From NCBI GenBank assembly GCA_973895155.1, contig OZ316899.1:12713934-12777933 (forward strand): a stretch of DNA of 64,000 nucleotides, written 5' to 3'. A program made the translations under genes and the position numbers. Below are positions 1 to 12,569 of the stretch, one piece after another (the first letter of the stretch is position 1; every line of letters begins with the position of its first letter). Under the pieces are notes generated by a model. That model was not told where the DNA came from. It did no database searches and saw nothing but the letters and a program-made list of their open reading frames with translations. Source of the stretch: Marsupella aquatica (lineage: Eukaryota; Plantae; Marchantiophyta).

Positions 1-406
1 GAGTCATTTTGCTATTTGTGTGTCGCATTAACTTGTGTGAAGAGTGTCCACATCAATGAAGGGAAGTAGCAAGGGAGTGAGAGTTGGATGTGTCGAGTTG
101 AGAGAGGTCTTAGCGGCTTAACCAAGCCAATTGGGGATCATTCCGGCGGCGGAATCCAAACATACCTAATGGAAGACCAGGAGAGGAATACAAGGGAGGG
201 CCTAGAATAGGCCGGCTAAGTATCTCATGACCCGATGAAGGATCTGTCCAGTATATGTGTGTAAAATGTTAATAGTAGTAGTAGAGGTGATTAGCAGCGT
301 CCCATGCCGCTAAGCCACGGAAACGGCATCGTCGAGGATGAAACCTGCGGGAATCGGCTTGTGCAGGGGGGTTTCTTGGGTTTGGGGAGCCATGGGACGC
401 ACCACA
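1..406 (+). mobile_element. 3' end of giant LTR family A (copy A0), inserted in the MULE copy-1 transposase gene
   Basis: Near-identical to 18893-19298 and ends ...GGGACGCACCACA like all A copies. The sequence from 407 on is homologous to the MULE transposase 5' region at ~49600-49853. Confidence 0.9.
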
Positions 407-699
407 GGAATGTTCCCAACTGCTGGTTCCGGAGCGACACGTCTGACATTAAGCATGTAACTAAGCCCGACATTCATATGCCAAAAGCGTACTCCCTCAT
501 CTACATTGAATGCCGCAGCCCGTTGAAGTTCTCCACTCGTCGATTCCTACGGAACAATGGACTCAATATCATTCATCCTCAAATCAAATCTCCCGCAATG
601 GTAGGTTTCACTAACTTGCTTGTAAGCATCACAAACTTGCACGGGGATCTGGACGATGTCTCCAATACAAGCACGTGTAATTACAATTGAGCGAGACAT
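407..699 (-). pseudogene. N-terminal fragment of MULE transposase (copy 1)
   Basis: MSRSIVITRACIGDIVQIPVQVCDAYKQVSETYHCGRFDLRMNDIESIV aligns with copy-2 MSRSIVLSQFGSEDIVTIPVPMEDTYKQVRERYLCGRFDLKMNDIEAIV. Confidence 0.85.
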
Positions 700-932
700 T
701 GTGGAGAAAATAAAGGAATCAACAAAGTGAATTCCTCCCAAATGGAATGCTTATACTAATGCGTGAAGACAACTGACCGTTATAAAAGTCGTTTGAATAC
801 GACATAGAATTGTGTTTGTTGAAATCATAAATGTAGAGTTTGTCCTTTTTTCCCCAGTAAGTGCGGGTGTCAGGGATATTTATTTTGTCAAAATGAACAC
901 ATATAGGCCAAGATAATTCACATGATTTTAGC

Positions 933-1320
933 AGCGCCTGGCGCTACCAAAAATTCCAGGATTTATGAGGTTAGAATTCAGTCACACACCAGACTAGCGT
1001 CGGGGGCTAGCATTACAGTGGACACCAATAAGTCTACTTTTTTGTATCTAAAAATGCAATATCGCCCAAATTTAAGCACCATTCAGGGATATATGTACTA
1101 GCGTCGGGCGCTAGTATTGGTACACCATATTTAAGGACCAAATGTGAACAAAATCAAACTTCCTACGTCCTAAAGTTCTTCATTTTCAAAAATTTCACAT
1201 AAACTGGGACCAAAAACAGAATGGTGAATAGACTACGGAATGGGTGGCGCCTGGCGCTATCTATTGAACACATTAAACTTTATGACCAATGTGGGTACAG
1301 TTTGACTAGCGCCCGGCGCT
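933..1320. promoter_or_regulatory. Five AGCGCCnGGCGCT palindromes in the divergent intergenic region (copy 1)
   Basis: Centres at 939, 1002, 1106, 1252 and 1314, between ATG 699 (-) and ATG 1638 (+). The regulatory role is inferred. Confidence 0.75.
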
Positions 1321-2685
1321 AGCAATGCATTACCAAGTTTTAGTAGTCTGGTCAACGGTAATATTTAACGGTAACTACGGTTAGCGTGATCTTCACAAAA
1401 ACAGTTTAGCGGATTTTATATTAGTATCTATCACAGTTCTTAGATTGCCGCTTTGTTTTAACGATCATTAATACCCAATTTCATCGTAACGTCTCTTAAA
1501 TAGATTACATGGAGGGAGATAGCACTGATCAATCGGGTATAATACTCCATCAACTATTAATTTGGCACGGAGATTCAGTACTCGATCGTGAGAATTGTAG
1601 TGTACGACCGTTCATACAACACTCATCGCGGGAGACGATGGATGCAGTCCCCTCCTTGTCGAGGGGGTATAGTGTTGTTGGGGATCGTGATCGTGGCTAT
1701 TGCGAGTCTTCTGAGTCTTCATTTTCAGGTTTGGTGTATACACGTTGAGTGACAAGGTCAAGCGCATCGCTTGTTCCCATCTCAAGTAATTCATTTCCAA
1801 AGCCGACGCAAAAAAAGATGGAGAATGTTGACACATTTGCAATCGGAGATGTCTCGTTCTCGGAGACCGACCTTATTTCAAAACATGTCATGTTCTTTGG
1901 GAAGGATTTCCGAGGGTTTAACAAAGAGCCTCCTAGGATTCCGCTATGTCGGTTGGTGCACATGGAGGTCGTCCGCACTTTGCAGAAAGATAGCTCCTCC
2001 ATTGACAAGTTGAAAGACTCTTTTTGTAGTATGGGATACAATCCATCGATAGGAATGAGGTTTTATGTTCAACCAACGGACACTGAGGGTGTGATGCTCA
2101 CTTGCACACAGGAAATTCATGATACTTGGGATCCAATATGGATATCCAAAAATGAAAAGTTTGAGGAAGAATGTGTGACAGACCCCGATTTTCTCGTTCT
2201 GAAGGATAAGATGTTCTCAGTTTTTGACGGGAACCATCGATTGTACTCCTGGACGCTTGTCACTAAGGAGAATCCAGAAAACCCAAAATACCACCCGCAA
2301 GTGCTCTATACTGTCTTCAATGGGGACAAGGGTTCACTGATTGAAATTGAAGCGATGATGCACACCGTGAACCAGTAAGTTTGTCTTTATAGCATATGTT
2401 GGAGAGGAATTGTTTTAGGAGCGCCCGGCGTTGCTTAAATGTTTTTCTAATTGCTTTCTTTTCCTTCAGGCTTGGACAAGCCATGGTCAAACCGTCATGG
2501 ATCCTTGACGCAGATTGAATCAAGAGGATTTTGATTCACGACCTGGAGTACTATAGTAAGCTCATTGACCCTGCAAATTACAAGAAGTTTGAGCAGATCA
2601 GGCTAAAGATGCGGAAAGGATCCTGGTACACAAAGAAGATGCCTCAAGAGGCTCTTGTCTATATTCTATGTGAGAATAAGATTAA

Positions 2686-2843
2686 TGTTGTGATAGATTG
2701 AACAACTGTATCTCCATTCCCTTCCATATCCTTACATATAGGCTTTTCAATAGCCTAGTGGTTAGGCAGTTAGTGTGACCTAACCTGAGTAGGCGTAATC
2801 CTAGTTAACCTTATCTATGGTCTAGTTAACTCAGGTTACAACA
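2686..2843 (-). repeat. copia 3' LTR
   Basis: Direct repeat of 8884-9041 with 2 mismatches seen. PPT (AAGGGGGAG on the minus strand) is adjacent at 2844-2852. Confidence 0.95.
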
Positions 2844-3939
2844 CTCCCCCTTGGGTGTAACAGGATTCCGGGGAGGATTGTTGCACCCACTTCTAGCCTA
2901 CTCTAATTGTGAAATGTTTATTCTAAGGTTTATTGGTTGGGGGGAATGTAACCTCATTAAAAACCCCCCTCCTTTCTTGCTGGGGGAAAGAGTGTTACCA
3001 TTCCATCCCTAAAAACCTTATAATTTTGGTTAATTTATGAGTAATCGAGTTAGTAGAGTCTTATACAATGTAAAGTTATCGTAACTTGTAAAGACCTAAA
3101 AATCTCATTGTGTATGTTGAGAGTTAAGAATTTTGCATGGAGTGCATAGCCGGTTGTGTGTTTGTGTGTTAAGTGTATGGTGGTCCCACTTGGTAATTCG
3201 TGGAGGAGCGGATATCTTGCGCTGTGATTCTTGGCGATGGTAGTGGTGTGCAATTGGTGTTGGCTGCTGCACTGTGAAGATCGTCTCGCATGGAGTGGGC
3301 GTCGTCATTTTCGCTTGGGGGTGTTTGTAACTGCATTGTTGGTGGTCGTTCTTGCTAATGTTGGGGGATTCTTCTCTAATCGATTCTCTTTTGCGCGATT
3401 GGAGTGTCGGGAAGTGGATGTGGCAAACTGTAGCTAGTGGGATTTGTTCCCGGCTGTTTTATAGATGAGGTTTTGTATTGCTCCCCCTAACATTGTCGTT
3501 TATTTTTGTGGCTCTCTTATAGTCATTCTTTGCGTCATGTTGACGTAGCTGCCGTTTCGCTCCAGAATGTTACTGTCTTTGAACGAGTGATTGAGTGCTC
3601 CCCCTGATGTTGTCAATTCTTCAAATTAGTCTGGCTTTGGTGTTTGTCTTCTCAAGTGAATCAGCAGCATCGATCTGGAAAGTAGTTGGTGGTGAGTTGG
3701 GTCGCATTTCTCCCTCTGTTATCAAAGGTAAAATTTTGTAAAGAATACTATTCTTGAGGTTTGAATGGCTGTTTGTTTGAGGGTTCAGATCTCTCCCTGA
3801 TTGCCATAAGCATGTCTACTGTGATGTTTGTTTGAGATCTGTTCGAGTTGAGCTGGTCCAAGCTTCGCAGTGTAGCCTACAGATCGGGTCTCCCCCTGAG
3901 CAAAAAAAACAAGCGCTTCCACTGTAAGTATAATTGTGT

Positions 3940-6900
3940 TTAATTTTGTAGTTCAATTAAGGTCCGTAGACCTACTGAGATTGCATGTTGTTTATGCAAT
4001 GCAAGAGGTAGGGATTTTGTAAACATGTCAGCAATGTTCTGTGAGCTTTGTATCCATTTAACTTGAATACTACTTCCTTGCTGTTCATGCGTGAAAAAGA
4101 ACTTAGGAGCAATGTGTTTGGTTCTGTCTCCCTTGATAAAGCCTACTTTGAATTTGTTCAACGCAGGCTCTGTTATCTTCGTGAATTTCCGTCGGTGTTG
4201 ACAGTGTAGGTATGCCTGTATTTTCATGAATGTGATTGATAACGTTGCGTAGCCAGATACACTCCCTGCTTGATTCATAGAGAGCTATGATCTCTAAGTG
4301 GTTTGACAATGTCGTGGTTAGTGTCTGCTTGCAGCTTTGCCATGAAATGGCTCTCGCCCATCAGGAAAACGTACCCTGTCTGGGACTTGACGTCCTCAGG
4401 GTCTTAAAGGTAACCTGCATCAGCATACCCAAAGAGCAAGTATTTAGCATCTGATGGGTAAAATAGTCCCAAATCTATGGTACCTGCTAGGTAGCGGAAA
4501 ATGCGCTTTATGCCATTCCAATGCCAAATAGTCGGCTTGGCACTATGGCGTGCCAGTAGGTTTACTGCGAAGGCTATGTCAGGCCTTGTCTGGTTTGAAA
4601 GGAACATCAGGACACCTATAGCAGATAGGTATGGCTTTTCTGGGCCAAGTAGTGGCTCCATCTTGCTTTTCTTCCGGAAGAGATCCTTTTCTTTATCAAG
4701 TGAGCGAATGTCCATGGGAGATCTGACTGCAGTGGCTTTGTCCATGTTAAATTGCCTTAGAATCTTTTTGATGTACGTGGACTGATGCAGTAAAATGCCA
4801 TTGTGCAGGTGTTAAATTGCAGGCCTAGGCAGAAAGAAGTTTGGCCTAGGTCGCGCATCTCGAAGGCCTTTTTCAATAGTGTAATAGTTTCAATCAGAAT
4901 CTTTTTAGTTCCGAACAGGTCCAGATCGTCCACATAGATGGCTACTATAATAAATTCCTTGTTCTCCCACTTCAGGAATAAGCAGGGTGCTATGTCTGCA
5001 TTCTTAAATCCCATAGCCTGCATCTCGGCCTTAAATCGTTTGTACCATGTCAGGCCACTTTGCTTAAGGCCATACAGTGATCTTAACACCTGTACTACAA
5101 ATCGAGTTCTCCGGGTGATGTCTCTCTGATTTTGTATAGGGACTTTAAGGGCTATCTTTGCTGCAGTCTTGTGGAGTATTGCTGAATTGGTATGCTCAAA
5201 TGTTTCCGGCTGGTTCCGAGTTACTACTTTATCGATTTGTTTCCCTTTGCTGTGGTATTCGACTTGTTTCACCAATTCTAGAGGGGCCTCCATGTATATA
5301 ACTTTGTCTATGTGTCCATGTAAATACGCTGTCACAATATCCATTTGATGCATGGATAAGTGGTGGCGTTGTGAAAATGTAATCAGGTACCTGTAGGTAA
5401 TGACATCCATTACCGGCGAGTATGTGAGGTCGTAGTCTCTGCCCGGGACTTGAGTGAATCCCCGAGCCACCAGTCTAGCCTTGTGTCTTGTTACCTCGCC
5501 TTTTGCATTTCTTTTCTTTACGAGGGTCCATTTATACCCTGTGAGATGTACTTCAGGTTCTGCTATTGTGATTGGGCCAAATACCTGGCGGGCTATTAAT
5601 GAGTCCAGTTCTAAATGGATGGCCTGTTCCCATTCAGGCCAGTCAGGTTGGACCTCAGCTTCTTTGATTGTTCGGGGGTCAGGCAGTTCGTCTTCAATCT
5701 GCTGTGCTATGTGGAATGTGAATTGTTCATCTATTGTAGTGTGCTCTCTGTCCCATACATGTCCGGTTCTTCCATAGTTGATTGATATCTCTGCATTGTC
5801 TTCTGGTATATTTGGTTGACTTGTAGTTGGATCCCTGGTTGATGGGCTGGGTGCAGGTGCTGGGGCAGCTCTACGCTGTCTTGGTTGCTTGTCGACAGAT
5901 CCCAGTGGGCGGCCTCTCTTTGCTTTCGGGGCTGTTGTTGATGCTGGTGGGGGTCTCCATTTGTATTTTGTATGGGGCGTTTGCTGCTGGGATATGGGAG
6001 CGTGTCACCTGGGCGGCATCTGCGAAGGAGTCTGGTAGGTGTTCTGCCATCCTTGCTAGGTGTAAGATTTGTTGTACTTCAGTGTCCGCATGACTATCCC
6101 TTGGGTCGTTCCAGAAGCCGACATCAATTTGCCAAGTAAGTTGGGAGGTTTTCTTTGTGTCAAGTTGCTTCGTATGTAGGCTGGGAAAAATATCTTTGTA
6201 GAAGTGGCAATCTGCAAAGCGTGCTTTGAAGACATTGGATGTTGTAGGCTCCATATATCTGATAATTGAAGCTGAGTCAAAACCTATGTATATTCCTGGG
6301 TGTCTCTGGGGTCCCATCTTAGTTCTCTTAGGTCCCAGGATGGGCACCATTACTTTACAGCCAAACGTTCTCAGGTGAGAGACATTTGGTATGGTCCCCA
6401 ATGCTAGCTGATGTGGGGTAGAGGAATTAAAAGATGATGGTCTATAATTGAGTAGTGCAGCAGAGTGGAGAATGGCATGACCCCAAGCAGCTGTTGGTAA
6501 GTTTGTCTACATTAGTAGGGGTCTGGCAATCAGCTGCAGTCGTTTAATCAAGGATTCGGCTATTCCATTCTGAAAATGGACATGGGGTACTGGGTACTGG
6601 ACATCAATGCCCGTGGCCTGGCAAAAATCTTCAAACGTCTTAGAGGTAAATTTGCCAGCGTTATCTACTCTCAGTGTTTTAATTTGGTTTTCAGGGAATT
6701 GAGCTCTCAATTTTAGTATGTGGGCAAGGAGTCTGGAGAATACCAGGTTTCGTGTAGATAGTAAGGATATCTGACTCCATTTTGTTGATGCATCTATGGC
6801 TGCCAGGAAAAATTGGAATGGGCCACTTGGAGGGTCAATCGGCCCGCATACGTCAGCGTGTATGCGCTCCAGGAAGTGGGGGATTTGGCGCTCAGTTGTA

Positions 6901-8544
6901 GGTGGTGAGGGCCGGATTATGAGCTTGCCCTGTGAGCAAGCTAAACAGGGAGCTTTCATGGACGTGGGGTGGACCATTTCTGGTATGCCCAGGGTTTCTC
7001 TAATCAGTTTTTGGAACATTGTTGTTCCCGGGTGGCCCAGTCTCCTGTGCCAGATCTCGGTAAGTGTGCCTTGGGGTGTTCCAGTGTAGAAGCTGTGGAT
7101 TTCAGTAGTGTAACAACCGGGGGGTGATGCTCTCAGGATCTCTCTGATCTTGGTATTTGTTGGTTCCCCCGAGGTGATGTACAAGACTTCCCGTCCTTGT
7201 TGAGTGCCCGTCTTAATATGCAGTTTATTAGCACGGATATCCCCAAAGCTTAGTAAGTTTATGGTTGCCTTTGGGGCGTATATTGCAGACTCCACATGAA
7301 TTATCGTCCCACGGGGTAGGGTGACCAATGCTGGTCCAAATCCCTCTTCCAATTGATGCTGGCCCACAATCGTTGTAAGTTTTCTTTGGGATGGTATAAT
7401 TTGCTTAAAGTATTCCTTATGCTTAAAAATGGAATGCGATGTACCACTGTCGACTATGCATTGGGAAAAATTTTCTTTGATACTAGAATCAGGTGTGGTC
7501 TTTGATATGACCATGTTTATAGTTGGTATAATTTTTGTGGATTCTAGGAAAGTCCCATACGTCTCAGGTTCATTTTGTGCAGTGCTCTTCTTACATAGTT
7601 GCACCAGGTGTGCAGGTGTACGGCAGAATTTTTGAATGTGGCCTTTAGTGCCACAACGAAAACAGGTAGAGGGGTTTTCGTATTTATCTCTTTGAGTGCT
7701 TTGCTGTTGATTTGTCCTCGCTCGGGGTTGATAGTTGCCTCGCTGCCAATTTTTTCTGAAGTTATCGCCGGTGTTTTGGTATCTTCCCCTGGATCTGCCT
7801 CTGAAGTTGTTGCTTCTGCCTCCGCGTCCTCTGAAAGAGCTACCTCGGCCTCTGTATGTGTTTCTCCCCCTGAAACTAACTCGACCACGGTAAGATGAGC
7901 CCTCTCCCCTTTGGATTGTAACGTAGTGGGATTCTGAATTTGTGACTGGAGGGAGAGTTCCAGGGGGTCGTTTTTGGGAATTCTGTAATAGCAATAGCTG
8001 GTGCTTTTCAGCCAGGAGCATATGGGCAATCAACTTGGAATATCGTGTGAATTGCATATTGCGATATTGGGTAGAGAGAATAAGATTTGTAGAGTGAAGG
8101 GTAGAGAGCGTTTTCTCAATCTGTTTGTCATCATTAACGGGGTGGCCACAATTTGGCCAATTGGGATACAATCCAAAATAATTCGCAATTGTAATCGGTG
8201 ATTGTTTTATGGTCATGGACCCGGAGATTTATCCAATCATGTCTGGCCGCAGGCAGGTGTATGGTGCGCGTGTGGTCGAAGCGTGATTGAAGTGTGTCCC
8301 AAAGGACTCTCGGATTATATTCGTTCATGTACTGTCGACGCTTCAGAGAGTCACTCAAATGGTGTCGAATTAATATCAATGCCTGCGCTTTTTGCTGAAG
8401 TGTTTGGCCATTGTCAATTATTACTATATCCTGTAGATTCTTTGAAGTTAGATGAGCTTCAGCATCGAGCGTCTAGGACAAATAGTTGGCACCATTGATG
8501 CTGAGTGGTTGAAATAAGAGTTTCTCCATAGAATTCTTTGACAT
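3940..8544 (-). pseudogene. copia gag-pol polyprotein, multiply frameshifted
   Basis: Zn knuckle CFRCGTKGHIQKFC, protease IVDSGTS, GAG-pre-integrase WHRRLGHP, integrase IHADVCGP...NGIAE, RT SLYGLKQSG / IYVDDL, RNaseH GYADAGYL. Confidence 0.93.
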
Positions 8545-8869
8545 ATTGCTAGATTCTAGTGGTGTACTTTCTTATTGGTAAGCACAAGGTTGCAATTGTA
8601 TTTGGGTGTCCAATCTCAATTTCATTCAATTGTTGAAATTTGAGAAAGAGGAAATGGAATTGAAAATTGTAGTTGGTGAATTGTAATTTCTTATCTCAAT
8701 CGTCCAATTTGTTTCATGTGTAATTTTGATTTATAACCTTCCATCCCCCTTGATTGATCTGACCACCGTTGCACCTTCGCCTGCCATAAATCCTTTCCTA
8801 AAAGGTTGCCAGTCTATCTCAAAAGAAGAAAGAGAGATGATTTTTTTAAAAAATTGATTCAAATCAGCA

Positions 8870-8883
8870 TCGTGCTGATAACG
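8870..8883 (-). other. copia primer-binding site, probably half-tRNA type
   Basis: CGTTATCAGCACGA directly follows the 5' LTR and lacks the TGG of a 3'-CCA PBS. It resembles the complement of the tRNA-Ile anticodon arm. Confidence 0.65.
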
Positions 8884-9041
8884 TGTTGTGATAGATTGAA
8901 CAACTGTATCTCCATTCCCTTCCATATCCTTACATATAGGCTTTCCAATAGCCTGGTGGTTAGGCAGTTAGTGTGACCTAACCTGAGTAGGCGTAATCCT
9001 AGTTAACCTTATCTATGGTCTAGTTAACTCAGGTTACAACA
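8884..9041 (-). repeat. copia 5' LTR
   Basis: Direct repeat of 2686-2843, followed by the TSD ATTAA. Confidence 0.95.
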
Positions 9042-12000
9042 ATTAAATCATATTCTAACTAGTTCAAGGTTGACATGGAGTCCGCTGTGGCCCTAGGTAC
9101 CCCTTGGTCGGCCGAGGAGGTTTCCACAAGGCATGCCGTAATGATGAAGGAGGCCACCAAGGAGTGGGCAGTGAAAACATCAAAAATCACTCCTTTGTTG
9201 AGTCCAAAATTTGAGGACTTTTTGTCTACGTGCACAGAAATGTATGTTGTGACGAAGAGAAATAAGAGAGAGAAGAAACCTGATACCGTCTTGTGTATGA
9301 TGGACCAAGCCAGGCTTTTTACTGTTGTTTCCGCACTTGAACCCAAGCTCAAGAGTACTTTGCTTGTCGCCCATTGCAATCCGAAGCTTCAAAGGCAATT
9401 CTTTCATCCGAACAGCGTCAATGATGATCCAGTAAAACAGTGGTGTCATACCTGGATTACATGGAACAATGGAGGGGATTGCAGTGGGGATGTTACAGTG
9501 TGCTTTGAGAGAGGTCCAACAAATCATTCCCGAGAATCGCTTGCAAGCCTAGGCATGTGAATCTTTTGAAGCTCTCATTGATATAGTTACTAATTATTTC
9601 AAGAGATACGGAGACTCGGTGAAGAGTAAGTTTTTTAATACAATGTGGCCTTCGAAGTATCCGGACAAAGAGGACTACTCTTTGAAGAACCAGAAGCGAG
9701 CAAAAAGGTACCTCTACCAATTTTACATCCACATGGAAGTAACTAGACCTGATTACTTCTAGGCATATCCCGCCGCTTTTCAGAAGTGGACAGTAATATC
9801 AGAAGGTGACAATTTATCTGATTTGTACTCTATGTACCCCGCGGAGGGAATTTTCCCAGCGAGACCTTTAAGTGAATGGGAGAGAACCCACTGTCCATGG
9901 TACCTAGATACAGACAGATGGGACTCGCCCTTTGATCACCGAGAAAAGGATGCTTTCCAAAGCTCTCTAAGTCCCAGATACCAGTCAATATTGTTTCTGA
10001 CATGAAGCAAGGACTAGTGGACGATGTAGATAAGTCCACAACAGAATTGCAAATGAACTGTGAGACCACAATTGTTCACGTTGACCAAAGCCGGAAGCCT
10101 CGCGCGAAAGGGAAAGCTGATACTGCTGTCCCAAGTGAATCAACAAGGTTCGGGAAAAAACGTAATTATAATTTGTAGTTCTTTGGTTAGCGCCTGGCGC
10201 TGCTATGCCATTCATTATATGTTAGATTGCACTTGTCTCATTTGTTCCATAAATATATATATTTTCTTCCATCTCTTCAAGAAAGTTTGGCCAGTGCCGG
10301 GCGTTAGTATACTTTGTGTTTACCATACGCTCAAAATCTAACATCGGCTTCCATTTGAACAGGGAGAAAGTCAAACACCATTGGCAGTGGCGATACAAAA
10401 TTAGATGCCATCCCAGAGGCATCTGAAGCCAATACAGGGCCTCCATCTGACCCACTTACACCCGTCGAGAAAGGGAGGTCAATTGCTCCAGTAGATGCGG
10501 TCGATACTAGAAAGAAGCGAAAAAGGGCAATTGAAGGTGGATCCTCCTCCGCTTGGGAAAGTGCGGCTACAACAGGTGTCCAATGTGAAGTTGGTGACTT
10601 CAAAAACACTCTTTCAAGGCATTGCATGGTTGAGTCTAGCATCTCATAATTCTATGACACAACGTTCAACAAAGAGGAGAAGCCTGACTGGGTAAATGGT
10701 GTAGAGAAATGGGCAAAGGACCTCATGAAGTCAGGATATTGAGACAAGGGAATTGTCCGTGGGGGGAAGGAAAGATCCTTTGGAGTACACGCAGGATTCA
10801 TTTACCTTCCTACGGGTCTGAAACCATCGCTGCTAGACAGAAAAGTCCCGAAATGGAATACCCCCGACCACACACTGGCAACATCATTCTTTCGTGGAAT
10901 GGACCCATTTTTATCAGATGACGGAATGCTAGTAGTTTTGCATAATGGGGAGTACGATCCTATGTCTCAGGTTATATCCGCATGTCAAGAATCAAAGAAG
11001 TTTCATTGCATCTCCACACACAATGTTGTTATGTCAGTTTCTATGTACGGGCCAAAGACTGACCGACAGGTAAATTCCAAGTCGTGATCTTTGTTTTTTA
11101 CACTCAAGAATGTGTATGAATGCATGGAATGACATATCATTCTTGGTTTATCACGCAGATATTCATGCTCAGGCTAGACGTCTTTTGCCGAGTATCTCAG
11201 AAAGGGAAAGTACCCAAGGACTTGAGGTTTAGACCTCTGTCTGTTACAGAAGATCCCTCCATCACTAATTTAATTGGGCTTCCCACTCTCAATATAGATC
11301 CAACACCTGAGATGGAATTCACAGGGAATGTCCGTTTGTCGGTTGGATTCATGCAGTCTGTGATAGAGCTCATCACTCGGCCTTGGGATATTTTCATAGA
11401 TTGGACAATTGGTTTGGGTAGCTCTTTTGTAGTTGGAGACTATTCTGGGAGGTTTGTAATTGGACTGTAGAATCAGGAGGATTTCGTTGAAACTGGTTCC
11501 AAGGTGTTCTTAAATCTACTCTCTTCTAAGGAAGTAGAAACCTTGCCTCCCCCAATTCAACCACTGGAAAAGAAAAGGAGGGACAAGCTCTGGTCTGTAC
11601 TTAATTTTGACTCCAATGATGAGTCAAGTGGGGGGACAACAGATGAAGTGGACGGGGAGACAACTCAGGGGGGTAAGGAGCAATCTGCTGGTGAGAGTGA
11701 TAGCGATGACTCTTCTGAGTAATGTTCTGAAACTCGTAAGCTTCTTTCTCTTTTCCAGCTCCTTCATGCATTTTGTGCTATTGATTGTATCTTTCAATTG
11801 GTTGTCTTACTTGGTTATCTACCCAGGTCCAAATGGAATACCATAAAGCGCTTCCAACTCAGAAGAAAAGTTGCACATTTTGAAATGGATACACCGGAGA
11901 AACCATTTGTTTTGCCGTCTTACGCTGAGAACGTTGCGAGAAAGGAGGATAGTCAAAGGACTCTGTGCTGGGAAAACAAAGGTCTCCGCCTTTGAAGAGG

Positions 12001-12569
12001 AGTTGACAAAAAGTTTGTTAGAAACCCGTATGTAGACGATGTTTCTAAGAGCAAGTATGTCGATGATGAAGCAGTCTCTACCGACAGATCACAGAGCTCT
12101 GAATCGGAATCTCAATCAGAAACTGATAATTGATGTATATTTCTTTTCCAACTTATACTAGCGTCGGGCGCTGTTATAAAAAGACATGTATTTCATTTCA
12201 TATGCTCATAATAAAATTCTAAAAACCACTTGTTGTCTTCAGTAGTGCCGGGCGCTGTATCGAGATACATGTATTTCTTGTATAAAAGGTTTTAAATTGG
12301 TCTCTTCCTTTAGTAGCATCGGGCGCTCCCCAAATCTGCACATTTTTCCTCAAACCGTTACATCATAATATTGTTCATGCGTTCTGTCGCCATCCTGTCG
12401 CCATTCGTATATTGTCGTTACGTAATTCAGTCTGGTCTATATCAAAATATTGTTTTGCGATTGGACTGTTTACTCAACGGTCCTCTGCCTGTTGAAGCTC
12501 GCATGTTATGGGTGTCCACCAATCACCGTCCTTTGGTAGTCACTATGTCAACCTTTTGGAGTCACTAGG

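Larger units (their letters stand above)
2686..9041 (-). mobile_element. Full-length Ty1/copia LTR retrotransposon, Bianca-like
   Basis: 158-bp LTRs (TG...CA) and a 5-bp TSD ATTAA (2681-2685 / 9042-9046). Gag-PR-INT-RT-RH order. Bianca-type signatures LWDTLQSRFDH...ARHDWINLR and GFIKGDRTKHIAPKFFFTH. Confidence 0.95.
1638..12133 (+). pseudogene. ParB/Srx-like domain plus beta-class DNA methyltransferase-like fusion gene (copy 1), disrupted by the copia and by stops
   Basis: ParB-like FSVFDGNHRLYSW (~2215-2252). MTase-like GFIYLPTG and FMQSVIELITRPWDIFIDWTIGLGSSFVVGDYSGRFVIGL (~11348-11467). GT-AG introns. Reading frame ENKIKSYS is restored on removing 2686-9046. Several in-frame stops. Confidence 0.8.

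Noticed and set aside
225-360. Hammerhead ribozyme/retrozyme in the family A tail (CCGATGA...GAAAC)
   Set aside because: The core is not CTGATGA and I could not build the three required stems.
8866-8883. tRNA gene
   Set aside because: Only a 14-nt match functioning as a PBS; no cloverleaf.
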